Under the pieces are notes generated by a model. It had not been told where the DNA came from. It searched no databases and was given only the letters and a program-made list of their open reading frames with translations. From Phoronis australis (taxonomy: Eukaryota > Animalia > Phoronida): a stretch of DNA of 64,000 nt. The translations under genes and the position numbers were made by a program. The stretch is from positions 1,643,023-1,707,022 of the forward strand of contig NMRA01000002.1 of assembly GCA_002633005.1 (NCBI GenBank), given 5' to 3'. Of the stretch, positions 1 through 13,000 are shown one piece after another. How positions within the stretch are numbered: position 1 is the first letter of the stretch; each line of letters begins with the position of its first letter.

Positions 1-940
1 TGGCCATTTTTGTTAGTTTTGCATCTGTATCCTGGTGTCCGCCTCTCTATCTGCCATATCACTCTGAAGATCATTATGAAAATGTACAGATGTGTTCTTG
101 ATGAGAGTGCAATGACTGACCATGATTTTTGGATGGTTCCAACCACTGTTTGGCCCCAAGTCGTGATTTTGTTTTTTTGCGTCTGTAGCTGAATCTCCTG
201 TACTTTTTGAAGAAGTTTTGTGAAATTTGAAAGATGCATTCTGTTGGAGCCGACGAGAAATGGTAACAAGTTTTGAACTGATCCAAATAACGCTGTGCCC
301 CCTATTGGTAAAATATTTTTTACATTGCCTCTGTAGCTTCGGAGTTCATTAATGTATTCCATGAAATTTGGCAAATATGTTTCTATTAAGTAGATGAGAA
401 CGCCTTCCAATTTTCGGACAGTTCTGACGTTTTCTATGCCACCTGGTGACCATTTAAATTTTTTTGCATGTTTGAGGTATGCCTCTCTATCTGCCAAACC
501 ACTTAAAGGATCATAATGAAAATTGACAGTTGTGTGTTGCGTTCCTGATGCGAAGACCTCAGCTGACGTTGATTTTCGGATGTTTTTGACTATTGTGGCA
601 ACTCTTATGGCAATTTTGCTTTTTTTTGCATCTACGGCTGTATCTCCTTAACCCTTTGAAGGATCTTTACGAAATTTGGCAGACTGGCTCCTATAGAGAT
701 GGCAACAGATGACAGTTCAGACCAATCGTACTGTAGCTGTGCTCCTGAGTGTCAATTGTATTGTACGTTTGCCTCTATATCTTAGAAGTTCCTTGGCTTA
801 TTTTCATGAAATTTGACAAAAAGCTGTGTAATACAGAGACAGTGCCACCTTCTCAATTCATACGAGTTTGACTCATTCTTCGCCATCTAATGGCCATTTT
901 TATGATACCAACAACACCCATAGAAGCACACCATATGCGG
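1..940. repeat. Degenerate interspersed/internally repetitive element in an ARPC1 intron
   Basis: Recurring motifs (cctctctatctgcca..aaggatcattatgaaaat; tgaaatttggca; ggccattttt) at about 40-130, 480-590, 660-700 and 800-900; no credible coding signal. Confidence 0.5.
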
Positions 941-1290
941 TGCTGTCGTGGGTGCATTTCAACGCTCAGTGTATTTGATTGTCATAAATCTATGGGACCA
1001 ATCTGTTGGCAATCAGTTGATAAGTATGTTGCTCAACAAGAACTTATGATTAATCTAAAGTCATAGTGATTTGTCAACGTTTCCCAAGTTCATAAATCAC
1101 TTCTAACAAAATGGAAACTAAACTTGCACAGGTAAGTAATCCATTGGAAAGTTAGGTTAGTGGTTGTGAGGTTGAAGTTTGCTGAAAGCACGTAGTTTGA
1201 AGCTTTAACATAAAGGTATTCTATTTTTACCCAATGCAGTACTGTTACATTTCACTTTAGTTCAAATTCACTCTTTGGCTTACTTTGCAG

Positions 1291-4200
1291 GGTTTTTTCT
1301 GCTTACATCAAAGAGGTGGATGCAAAACCAGGAGCGACCTCTTGGGGCAAGAAAATGACCTTCGGCAATGCCATGGCAGAATTCTCCAATGGTGGAGGTA
1401 GGCTATATGTAAAGATCATGGGTCAAAACTCTCCTATAGTGGAGGTTGGTCATTTGAATAGTTCAAGGATCTTGAGCAAATTTGAACATCACACTTCGTA
1501 ATCACAATGTCCAACTTTCATCACACCGTCAAATTAACTCAAGTTGTGTCCAAAAGTTCAATTTGTGTTTGCTCTGTTGGCCTGAAATATGAATCATTTC
1601 TTTCCTTTGTGTGGCCTTAAAAAGTGAGCACACTGCTCTAGTGTTCAATTAAAGATTTTGTTTCAGCCATTTCAATTTTTATCTATGGCCGCTTAATGTC
1701 TCCTGGGTGAAATGTGGAATTACGGAAACCTTAATTGTATTGGCACACCATCTGGTCATCACGTCTTTCTGTGCTATGTCTCCATGTACTTTCATGCCAG
1801 TCCGAGCACAGGGCTTGAAGCCTTCTTACTGGAATAACCTCTGACATAGCTAGCGTAGGAAATGACCTGGATAGACAAACAGCTCATTAATATTAATGAG
1901 AAGTCTGTTAAAACTCGCAGTTTTTCGGAAAGAAAAGGATCATTTTTTAAAGGTGAAACTTGTTGCTTTGCATGGTTTTAGCGATAGCTTACATTTTCAT
2001 ATTTAATACAAAGTCATTTTCTTATGTCTACTCATCTTTTTAATGCTCTAACATTCTTGAAAATTTCATTAGGGCTGTTCCAGCAAAATCTGTGTGGGAG
2101 GGGGGAAGACAACTGAAATAAAAATTTATGGGTGCTTGTGTTTGACTTAAAATTCAAAATGGCTGGTGGTCGTACTTTAAAAAAATTAAAATTTACAGGT
2201 CGTTGTTGTTTCATTGGGCCATAAATGTTTGATGGTGGGTAATTTTAGTAAATTTTATAAACAATCTGCACATAATCAAAAACTGAAACAAAAATGCAAC
2301 TTGCAAAGAGCTCTGACTTTTTCACTCCTTCCGATCTCCTCATCAGCATGCCCATAACACCAGTCAACCACAAGTGTTCGAATTTCTCGATGGCTAATAA
2401 CCATATATAAGAAACATATGTTTTCTTAGTAATGAATGACGTTAGTGGTGATGGAGGAACAGATAAACTCAAGCGCCTGTGCAGTCAACCACAAGAACAA
2501 AAAAAATTGCATTTCAAACTTATAAAAAATTACGGGTGGTAGTCTGAAGAAATAAATGAAAAATATGGGTGGTGGGTGCGAAAAAAGGTGCCTTCCCCCC
2601 CTCCCATACAGATTTTACTGGAACAGCCCTTATGGTTATGTTCCACCTATACCCTGGAAGTTAATTACAGGTGGCTGGGTGCACAGTGTATCCTTCTCGG
2701 CTGATGGTGAAAAGGTGGCCTGGGTCGGCCATGACTCCAGCATCTCTGTAGTAGATGCATCCAAGGAGATGACTGTTGCCACGGTGAAGACTAAGAACCT
2801 TCCCTTCCTCTCGTGTGTCTGGGTGTCACCCAACAGTATTGTCACTGTGGTGAGTTGTGCGTTGTTGTGTCATGGTGGGCTAGTATTGGTGTTAATAGTT
2901 GGGAAGTCATGACCATTGGCTAGTTGAGAGATTGAAGTTGAGGCTTTGGGTCAATAATTTGTTTGCGTTGGCATTTTTGCCGTACGTGTACACACTACGC
3001 TTAAGCAACTGAATGACGCTGGTCTGGAGTATCATCATGTACAGTGTGGCAGCAGAAATGAAAAACAATGATGTGATATACTATTATTTTTGTTCATATA
3101 CAAGGTCATATTTAGAAGCGTGCCTCGTGTCATCGACAAATAAAAATTTTGGCCATCCGATTTATTGAAATTGTGTCGACAATTATACTTTATTTATAGG
3201 ATTTATAAACATTGCATTCAGATTCCAAAACAATGGCAATGCTTGACAGGTATTCAGATTTATCATAACTTAGTCTGATAGCGAACGAAATCTCACTCCC
3301 ATAATAGTTACTCTAAACAAATCGACAGCGAGATAGGACATAAAAATCATGACTCATCTGTCCTTTAAATTGCCTCTTTGAATTAGACCTTGTGGATCAA
3401 TTGACACATAGGTTTGTTTTTCTACAATCGTTCTCTGAATAGTGTGCACGGGGTATTTGCGTGTATAGAAATAACACTGTTGAACTTTTTACTCTCCATT
3501 CACTGACTCTTTTGATCCCTTTATTCTTTCCCTCTCTCTGCAGCATAACATCGTAATTTTTGTGTTCTCCGTTGGCTTTGCTCCGATGCTAAATTTCAAT
3601 ATGCCCTAAAATCTTGCCAATTTCAGACAAAAAGAATAAATTGTCAAAATTAAACATTTTTGGTTTTTCAAATGCTTCTCGCATTGTTTTAAATGCATTG
3701 AATTCTTCAAAATAGTGTATAATGTTAATTACTGTGTTGAAAGGTAAAACCTATTAGGTATCGATTTGGTGCTGCTATTCTTTTGTGAAAATTGAAAAAA
3801 TACAATTTCGCCTGTTGGCCATAGTGTAGCCTAAATTGGTGAGATTTTGCCGTATTGAAATTTTTACTTTTGGACCGCCCTGAACATCTTTTTTGCCAAC
3901 TCATCGTAGTTTACAGTTGTTGTGTGGCGGTCATCAAACATATTGTTGCCCTCCATAAACCACAAACCCTGTCATATTGTTATTTTGCACCTATTTCTCT
4001 TGCAGGGTTATGACAACTGTCCCTTGGTGTACACTTATGACGCTAATGGTCAGTTGACCTTCAACCATAAACTGGATGTTCCCAAGGAGAAGGCAGAGAG
4101 CACGTTTAGGTTCGTAGTTGGCTCTCCACACTTTACGAATCATTGTGAATTTGGCAAATGATCATCTTAAGTCATTACATAACAATGCTCTCTCCATTAC

Positions 4201-5393
4201 CAGCCATAGTTAGGTTGCATTGAAAGTGCAGATCTCAAACCGCAATAGATCAATTTTGAAGTGACGAGTGAACCCTGACAACCAAGTAGTAAATTCCACT
4301 CTGTCAATTGTTGGTTGTCTAAAATTAGAGACCCATCCAAATAGAACACATCCAAAAGAAGTTTCTCTCGAAAACAGTTCGTGTCTTGAAGCACTCTGTC
4401 CATTGCTTGCAAATGACACATAGCCTCATCCACGTGTATAGTACACACCAGAAGTATTCAGACAAAATGACTCAGTATTCTTCATGATGACGCCTGGACA
4501 GATATCGAATTCATCGATACTGTAGCCTTCTCTCATGGCCGTGAATGAAGTGAAATAGAAAGGTTATAAAGGTGTCTAAATGATTCTATTATTAAAATTT
4601 CGCCACCAAAATACTAATTTCCAGTCATTTTTGCTGTGAATAGTATTATTGGTGATTACTTTTGCCATGTACTGTTGCTTATTTGTGTGTGACTTTTTTT
4701 GCAGTGCCAAGAGCATCTTCCAGAACATTGATAAGCGAGGCCAGGCTGACAGTAATGCTACATCCCTGGACACTTTGCATCAGAACTCTGTCAGGTAATG
4801 ACATCTCTGTGCTATAGCAGTGCCACCACACTCGACTCCTTACACCATAATACTGTCAAATAATAGCACGATCATTTTAGACGTTTGATGTACCAGTTTT
4901 GTGTATTTTACCCATGGGTTCTTGGTAAAAGAGGTAATTTTGGTACCTTTTGAATTTAATGCTTACTTATGCCAGTCAACTTTATTTTTTAACATTTGCA
5001 GTGCTCATAATTATTGGCGCCATCATTGCCATAAAGTGTTCAGTATATTAGGAACTCTTGTTTATGAGTACGATAGCGGTATAGTTTTCGCATCCTCCAA
5101 ATTGCAGCGACACATTTCTCATTATTGGATTCAACGCATGTAAGTATATTCACTTGTTGGTATGACAAAACCTCCGGTTAAACTCTTGTATACACAGTGA
5201 AGAGACCCACATTACCTTCCTCAGTGTTAGCCTGCTTTTTACCCTGTGTGCTCTCTTTTTCAGCCAAGTTGCTATCTATGAGGGGGACAAGAGCAGCGTC
5301 TCCAAAGTCAGCACCTCTGGCACAGATGGTCAGGTGATTATCTGGGACCTGCGATCTCTGGAAAAGTCAATCGCTGGACTGAAGATTGCCTAA
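1291..5393 (+). CDS. ARPC1A: Arp2/3 complex subunit 1 (p41-Arc, WD40), last five coding exons; 5' exons lie before the window
   Basis: Exons 1291-1397, 2671-2849, 4006-4109, 4705-4794, 5264-5393 (TAA), all GT-AG and phase-compatible. Peptides VFSAYIKEVD..WGKKMTFG, GGWVHSVSFS..AWVGHDS, LPFLSCVWV, GYDNCP, LHQNSVS, STSGTDGQVIIWDLRSLEKSIAGLKIA are typical of ARPC1A/B. AATAAA at 5554-5559. Confidence 0.95.
2072..2629. mobile_element. PIF/Harbinger-type (Tourist-like) MITE in an ARPC1 intron
   Basis: About 37-bp TIRs (gggctgttccagcaaaatctgtgtgggaggggg / cccccctcccatacagattttactggaacagccc) flanked by TTA on both sides (2069-2071, 2630-2632). Confidence 0.85.
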
Positions 5394-6559
5394 ATAGACA
5401 TCGTCACAGTACTGTTGTAGAGTGGCCTTTATTATGCTGTCTTAGCTATTAAATTAAATCACTCAGTCGGTAACTGTTTCAACTCAGCTGTATTTAACGA
5501 GTTTGCTTGATGGCTTTTTCTCAATTTTGTATTCGAAAATCGTAACTTGTAAGAATAAACAATTTTAATGTAATTAAATGATTTCTGTTGTTGTTATATG
5601 TAATTCACATACCACTCATTTTTTAACTCTGCAGTTTTTCTACACAAAACTCATGTAATCGGAGCAGTCTGGCAGCAGAATTCTTTTAGCAGAATTCGTT
5701 ATACCCAGACAGGACAGCGACAGCATTGTCAGTTACTTAACAATCTTGATGGACATTGTCTCGAATACCTGTTGGATTTGTAAAGAAAGTTCAAAATTGT
5801 AACAGGCAACATGTTAAAGTTATGAATGCTCAAGTATACCTAGGTTTCTAGTGAAAAGTAAGGAGCTGCTTAGTGCCTATATGAAAGGTAACACCTGTAA
5901 ATTTGGTTCCTGCAGTATGTTAAGAGCACCGCTCGGAGCCCATTGGTATAACTTGCCAAATGTTGTGAACTGTTAGGCGTATTGGCTTACTTTTACCTGC
6001 GCCACCTTGAGTAAAATACCCGCTTACAATGGTGTTCTATTCAGACCCTATTCTATACGAGTTTCGGCCTTTAGTTTGTACTGGGATGTCACGGTGACGC
6101 AATGGGGTACGAAAAGGGAACTTCACCTATTATTCGACTAGCATACATTTGAGTGATTAGGCTGGCGTTTTCTCATTTTGCTAAGGCTTTACTGTGACTA
6201 TTTGGTTTGCCCAATAGACTGCTTGTTAAGTGCTGCCATTTTGATATACGTAAATGACTCTGGGAATAGCTTTGGTGTTCGGAGGAGATTCCCTCAGCAC
6301 TAAACACGCCTGAAAAGTGCTCTGTGTGTGTGTGTGTGGGTGGGTGGGTGTGACAACCCAAGCGACCAAAAAGAAAGGCATGCTCAAATCCAGTTATAGA
6401 TTTTGACTATCACTTGTAGACTTAAAAAAGTATACCAAGGTGATCAAATTTCATTAATAATATAAGTAAATGCATAACAATTTTCATTATAGAAGCAACG
6501 CACTTCGCCACGATCACTTATGACTGAGGGTAAATCTTGCAGCTCGTCGCTGCACCATT

Positions 6560-7560
6560 TCAATCTTTTGAGCGAGAGCTTTTGTGTGAGGTAACCGTAC
6601 TGTTGAGCAGTACTCTAGTTTTGGTCGGACAGTAGAGCGGTATAAGCTATAACATTAATTTCCTAAGGAGTGTGACAAATGTTTCGTCTGCGAAAGCCAA
6701 GGGTTAAACTTGACTCTAGCAGAAGCAGCAGTTGTATTAATATGAGAATCTCAGGTTGAAAGTAGTAGCACCAAGATATTTGGCCCGCAGACAGAGGTGA
6801 CAGATCGAGTGACGGATGAAATAAGTTTGGAGGATAGGTTTCTTTTTTTTCGATCAGTGCACGTGAAGAACGTTGCACTTGGATGCATGCAGACTTGCAT
6901 ATCCCACACTGAATCCCAGTCAGCAAGTTTGTTGATATCCTCATGCAGTGTTGGAGTAAGATGCAGGTTTCGCCGGATGAAGCGGTAAAGTACGGGTATG
7001 TAGTAGACATCTGCAAAGAGGCGGATATTGGAAGATATGTTTTGATACAGGTCACTGATAAGGAGGGGGAAGAGGATGAAGGAAAGTAGACTCCTGGAGC
7101 CCCAGAGAGCACAAGCGAGGTGTCAAATGATCCGCCCTCTACCAAAACACGCTGAGTTCTATTGTTAAAAAAGGAGACAATCCTGAGTTCTTTGTGAGGC
7201 CTCGAACCCCAAGAAATCAATGTAAAAAGCTTTACTAAAATCCACAATCGACACCAGACTGGATGCCTGAGTCCACACTGAGAAAGACTCAGGTCGTTTG
7301 TGAAAGTAAGAAGTTGTGATCCACATGATCTTAGTGTTGCCTTTTATAATGGAATATAGTTAGTGTTTTCAAGGTGTTTCCGAATAAGGTGACTCACGAT
7401 TATGTTTAAGAATCTTGCACCACCCGGGACGGAAATAGGTCTGCCAGTGTAATTTTCTGCGACCTTTGTGTTTATTTCCTTTTTGAAGACCGGGTCGACG
7501 TTGGTGTGGCGCCAATCTACTGGAACCACATCAGATGATAGGGAGGCATTAAAGATGTCA
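6560..7560 (-). mobile_element. Decayed non-LTR retrotransposon (CR1/L2-like) reverse transcriptase fragment
   Basis: Minus-strand peptides VPVDWRHTNVDPVFKK..AENYxRPIS and FFNNRTQRVLVEGGSFDTSLVLSGAP(QG) match conserved LINE RT-region motifs; frameshifted and interrupted by stops. Confidence 0.8.
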
Positions 7561-9655
7561 TTCTGAGTAAGGGAACTATTGGGCCTGATCGGTCATCGTT
7601 TGGCGACGGAAAGATTTTCGTGAAATAGTATGTGTTTATTTGATTATTGATTTTCCAAGCAATGTCATCCGATTTTTGCACTTAAAGTTATTTAGTTTTC
7701 CATTTCAATTTAAACCAATCAATGCTTTAATTTCGGAAATTTCCGAAAGAGCGCCCCGAATGAGTGTTTTTTCCCCTCAGTGAAAATCTGTTGTGCACCC
7801 ACACTGTGGAATGAGTATCCCGACTGACTGATCAGCCAGTCGGAATACAACCGTGTCGTTATCAGTTTGACAGTGGCAAACCAATGTTTACATAGCCCAG
7901 CTTTCTTATTTGCCTGCTTCTGTTAAGCTCACGTAATCCAGCAATTATGTTGTAACAGTGCCAGTTCGCCCGACGCTAACTGATATTTAAAATACTATTT
8001 GCAAACCACTTTCAACAAATGTCGTGAAGCAGATGTGTTTTGTATGAAATACTTTCACCCAAAAAACTTTAATTGGAGAAAAAGGGTTGACTTTCAGAGA
8101 AATTAGAATCAAATAGATGTTGGAATGCCGTACAGTTACCGACGAATAAACACTAAATGACGAGCGTCGGTACTAAAATATATTAAAATATCCCCACGCT
8201 TCAAGGGATGCGCTCTTTGTCAAGGGTGTGCTACTAAGTTTTATTTTCACTATAGTTTTGCTATTTTATAGAGAAATTAGACTTACCTATTTACCTATTC
8301 CTTTGTGCGACTATAAGCTCTGACCAGCTTAACCACGGCATTGCATACCAACACAAAAGGCTTACTGGACACGTTTAATAGAGCGTGATTCTAGAGGAGG
8401 TCGTGATAGTGGACATTTCTTCCCGGAGAATGGTAGCCTACGGTACGTAATGGCTGGTGAAAATAAATAAGGGCATGATTTTGGAAGCCAATTTACATTT
8501 TGAACACTAAGCACAACTGAATGCCATATGCAAGATATTCCGTTATTATAACGGTGAAAACGTGTATCGTCACCCTGTCAACACAAAGAAAACAGCAATT
8601 GGCATGAATATTATTTGGACCAACATAAAATCTTCACCAAAAAGTGGCAATTCAGTCTAAAAGTTCAAATTATTGGACGTAAATGCACGAGTGAGTTTAA
8701 AGTCTGACTTCACGAGCACATTTTTCTTAAACGTCACTAAAATCCAGTTCATGGCATTGTAAATTTCTGAATGTGCAGCTTTTTCGGGGTGCAATTTTTG
8801 GAAATGTCCAATGGGATGCAATTGACACAAGCCTACAAATTTCACTGTCAGTGAAAACTTACGAAAGGGCTTGATCTGAATGGAAACTAATGTTCAAGCT
8901 CGCAAATATAGACGTATCTTCGGACGTAGGCGCATAGGCCTCGTCCTGGCGCGCAATACCTAAAAATAAAAATAAAACTTTGTACTCATCAGTGATGGAA
9001 TTTCGTAAAAATTGTGGCATTTTAAACATCTTAGAAGGCTGCCAGTTTATATTTTGGTAGGCTACGTACTTCCGTGACCCCCGTCTTTTCTACAAGACTA
9101 GTTAAATATTTTTCCACGTCAGCAAACTCATGAGTCGGATGTATGATAGGCAACTTTTATAGTCAAGAAATTCGTGAAGGTGTAACTGTGAGCCGAAGTG
9201 TCGTCGCTTTTCGGAAAATCGGCCCTTCGGATTCTTGCCACTGTCGGCAGGGGTAATTCCATTTCGACTTTCGGCCCTTCGGACCACTGAACCAACTTCA
9301 CTTGCTTTTTGTGTGCGCTGGCACTCCCCGGCGACCGTTATTACTGCTCTGCACAGCGTCACCAAAGTATATGGGAAAGCGAGGACATCTATTGTCAATT
9401 AGTATAATTATGAATGAGAGCGCCACCTGTTAATAGAAAGCGGAGTCAAAATGCCGGCGTGACTTTCTGAATTTCTCTTCTAAAATTTGTAAGTTCTGTC
9501 ATAATTTGTGGTTTTACCTAAAAAATACGCATAATTTGCGTGATTCAAATGTCGATAAATGTATGGGTGATGATCAGATCTACCATGGTGGTGTTTTATC
9601 ATTTCGAGGTCTATTTAAAATTTATGTGCATCGTTCGTTTCCCATATTAACGGTG

Positions 9656-9745
9656 CATGGACGACGCAACACTGAAATAAGTGGAGGGGGGGGGGGGGGG
9701 GNNNGGCTATAGCCTCTCAGCCCCCTATCGGGTGTGCTGCCCATG
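9656..9745. mobile_element. Mini TIR element (CATGGGCGGCG termini, G-run core), reverse copy of 60189-60261
   Basis: Its reverse complement matches 60189-60261 (catgggc..atagggggctg..gctatagcc..ccactt..ttcagtg..gcg.cg.ccatg); contains 3 Ns. Confidence 0.6.
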
Positions 9746-10085
9746 TCCACTCAAATAAGTGGGGGTGGTGTAGCCCCCAACCCCCTATGCCATGCGGAGT
9801 GATAGTGCGCAGCGCCATTGCCAGTTGCCTGGGATGTCATGCACTTATCGATCGGGAGCAGCATTACTTTGCTATAGTTACCATTATGATTGTGTCTGTT
9901 GTCTGAATCTGACACTTGAAATCGGGTCTGAACCAAGCCCGCACGCACACACAAACTAAACACATCGTCAAATTTAGGGGTTAATTATTTCCTCACGCTT
10001 TTGATGTTTTATTTATGAACAAATGAAAATTGTATTTTTTGCAGTGAGCAAATCTTCCAATGTACATTTGCAGACTGGGAGTGAT

Positions 10086-13000
10086 ATGTCAAGATTTTTG
10101 GTATCCTGGTGTCGAAGAGTCCCATTGCTGGGATCAAGTTTGAGGTCATCACATTTGACCCCGCAGTCCTACCTCCCCCATGGTTGCGAGACTTGTTTAC
10201 TGACTCCTGATAGGAACTACAGTACAGGATCTGTGGGTGGTATCTCACAGCGGCCAGATGAGTTTGGTAGTTTACCCGCAGAGTTGGCTGCTCAAGACAG
10301 CAGGTCACGCCACCTGATGAAGAAACAACAACTGAGGCAACAAAATGAGTTGAAAAGACGACAGAAACGGAATCGGCTGGCCAACGAATTTGGTACACTA
10401 GCAGCCGAACAAGAATCAAAATGGAGAGGAGAAGACAAAAGAGAAGAGAGAGAAAAGTTAGTATTGATGAATGGATAATAGTCACTTTCTTATTGCTAGG
10501 GTCTCGGATTTTGAGAACTAGTTTGTTGTCTGTTATTCAGTGAAGAAAACTAGTTCTCATGGATGCAGGACCCCTGTTAGTGACTATTACTGATGACTGG
10601 TGGCATGTTGTTGAGAAATGGTCTTGCCATTGGCAACAGTCACTTGTGGGATCCTGGATTCAGTTTTGAGAACCACTTTGATGGCTGTTAATCAGAGGAA
10701 AAACATGGTTCTCCAAATACAGGAAGACCCCTGTTATATATTACCCTGTGTTGTACCATTAGAGGGATTTAAGTCTCCTAATGCAATTTCATCGTGATAA
10801 CCAGCACATTCACTCAGGACAGTCAAAATTCATGAATGACCTTATCATAATTACTAAATTCCTATCTTATTAATTCACTAACATTTACAGAAGTAACTAT
10901 CATATTTATTAATTGTATTCACAGCATGAGCTAATTATTTTTCACTAATATCACTGCAGAGGTCAAGAAATTCATTTGCGTAAAGTTCAGTGTTTCCATG
11001 AGAACGTTCGATCACCACAGTTTGAGTTTAATGAGCATTCTTTCTCATCCAGGAGCACTTTAGAAGGCCAAGATGACCCACCTTATAGAAGATTGTCATC
11101 GTTTGGCAGGAAGAACACGCCTTATTGGTATGCAAAGAAGATTGAATGGCTTGGTAAAAAGGGACAGGTAGGCACAACTGTGATATGAAGGTGCATAGAA
11201 AATTGCCTTGTCCACTGAATTACAATTTTTGTACTTTTCCCAGTGGCGGATTTAAGGGGGGGGCAAGGGGGCCATGTCCCCCCTGAAATTTTCCCAGATT
11301 CCATTTGGCAGTTCGGGGGTGTGAATGTCTGACGGGCAAAATCCTGGCTAATACTCTGCCCTGCCCCCCCCAACTAAAAATCCTGATTCTGCCCCTGGTT
11401 GATACTGACACCTCCTGTTGGTTGTAACTTTGAACTAAAGATTTTAGGGGTGAAAAGGTGTGAGAGAAATTTCCTGTCTTTACTAGTGCATAAATAAGGA
11501 ATATTTTGTGATCCAAAGAGATGCTTCTTCACTGAGCGGCTATTGGGAACACTGGTCTAATGCAGTCATTACACTTGGACATTATGACCATGCGTAACAT
11601 TTTGTGAAAGAGCCACCAGATTCAAAAAAGAATTATGAACTTATTTTGGCAGTGGTTTTTTGTGTTCTAGGTTTACCAAAGAGCATTTTTTCTCTTGCAG
11701 GTGAAGGAAGCGATTAATACATTAGAAGTGGACATGTTGGTGGAAGACAGAGTTATGCCTACTGTTCATGTCTACTCAGCCTTGATTGGTATATTGGGAC
11801 GAGTAGGGTATACAAAGAAGGCATTCAAGCTGTTTAATCAGGTGAAATGTCAAAGATTTCATGAACTGTTAGCACTCTGTGGTTATTGGAATGTTGCAGC
11901 AGTGATATTTGTCATGCAGTAGTGTTTATTGTGTAGAACGTTTGACTGTGCTAATATATTGTAGAATACCTTGGATTGTTTAACCCACTGTCAACAATAT
12001 TCCTATACTGTGTAAAATGAATTGCAGATGAAAAAGCGTGGTCTTGTCCCTGATGGCCCAGTGTACACTGGATTGTTCAACGCATGCGCTAACTCCCCCT
12101 GGAGGAAGGATGGTCTGGCGAGGGCGGACTACTTACGTGGCCACATGCGAGAAAAGGAGGTGTTGGCTAATCTAATCACATACAAGGCAATCGTGAAAGT
12201 TTATGCATTGCACGGCGAACTCCAGAAGGCGTTCTCTGTAGTGGACGAGTGTGTGCGCCAAGGTCACATCCTCGACAAGGAGGTTTTCTCTTTCCTGTTG
12301 ATGGCATGCATATCTGATAGAAATGCTGGCTTCAAACACGCTATAGAGGTTTGTGAAATGTAGACTAGTAATGTTGCTTTCTTTTATCAAATGCAGGTTA
12401 TTGCGTCTGTAGCGGTACTAGATTTGTGGCTTTTGAGTTCTACCAGCCAAAAAAAGTTAACAAACGATGTTACAATATTTTGCTCTGACTTCTCATCTCT
12501 ATCTGCGCAAATTTATTATCTGAAAAGGTCATTTGATGTGATATTCAAGCTGTGTTTAATAATTCCTCGTTAGTTGACGATTGCCATAAGGTGGGGCATG
12601 TCTAACCTGTCGAGTGATCTACTGTTAGTCTTTTCTACCCAAAGGTATGGAGAGTGATGAGAAAATATAGGATTACGCCAGACACGTTCCATTACAACTT
12701 GCTGTTACGAACTGTCAGAGACTGCGGCATTGGTAGTCACGAGTTCGCCAACACCTTAGTGGGAGGGGCCAACCCAGCAAGACTCGCGCAGACTGTAGAG
12801 GATGAAGAGGCTTCAAGTACAGTGAATGTGTCACCTGGTGTGATAAGTAATAGCAAGCCTAGTGACATCAATCATAACACAGGTGAGGTGGGCAGTGGCT
12901 CCCCCGCAGTGTCTTCTTTGTTACCTGGTGATCTTGAATCAGTCGTCTCACCTGAGGAGGTGCCAAACATTTTGAACCCAAGAGGAAAATGGAGGCATGT

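Noticed and set aside
4484-4560. Possible intronic C/D-box snoRNA (atgatga)
   Set aside because: No terminal stem or properly placed D box, and no recognisable rRNA antisense element.
10009-10485. 158-aa minus-strand ORF, and other antisense ORFs such as 14972-15382, 24604-24945 and 51444-51713
   Set aside because: Shadow frames of real exons on the opposite strand, with no recognisable domains.
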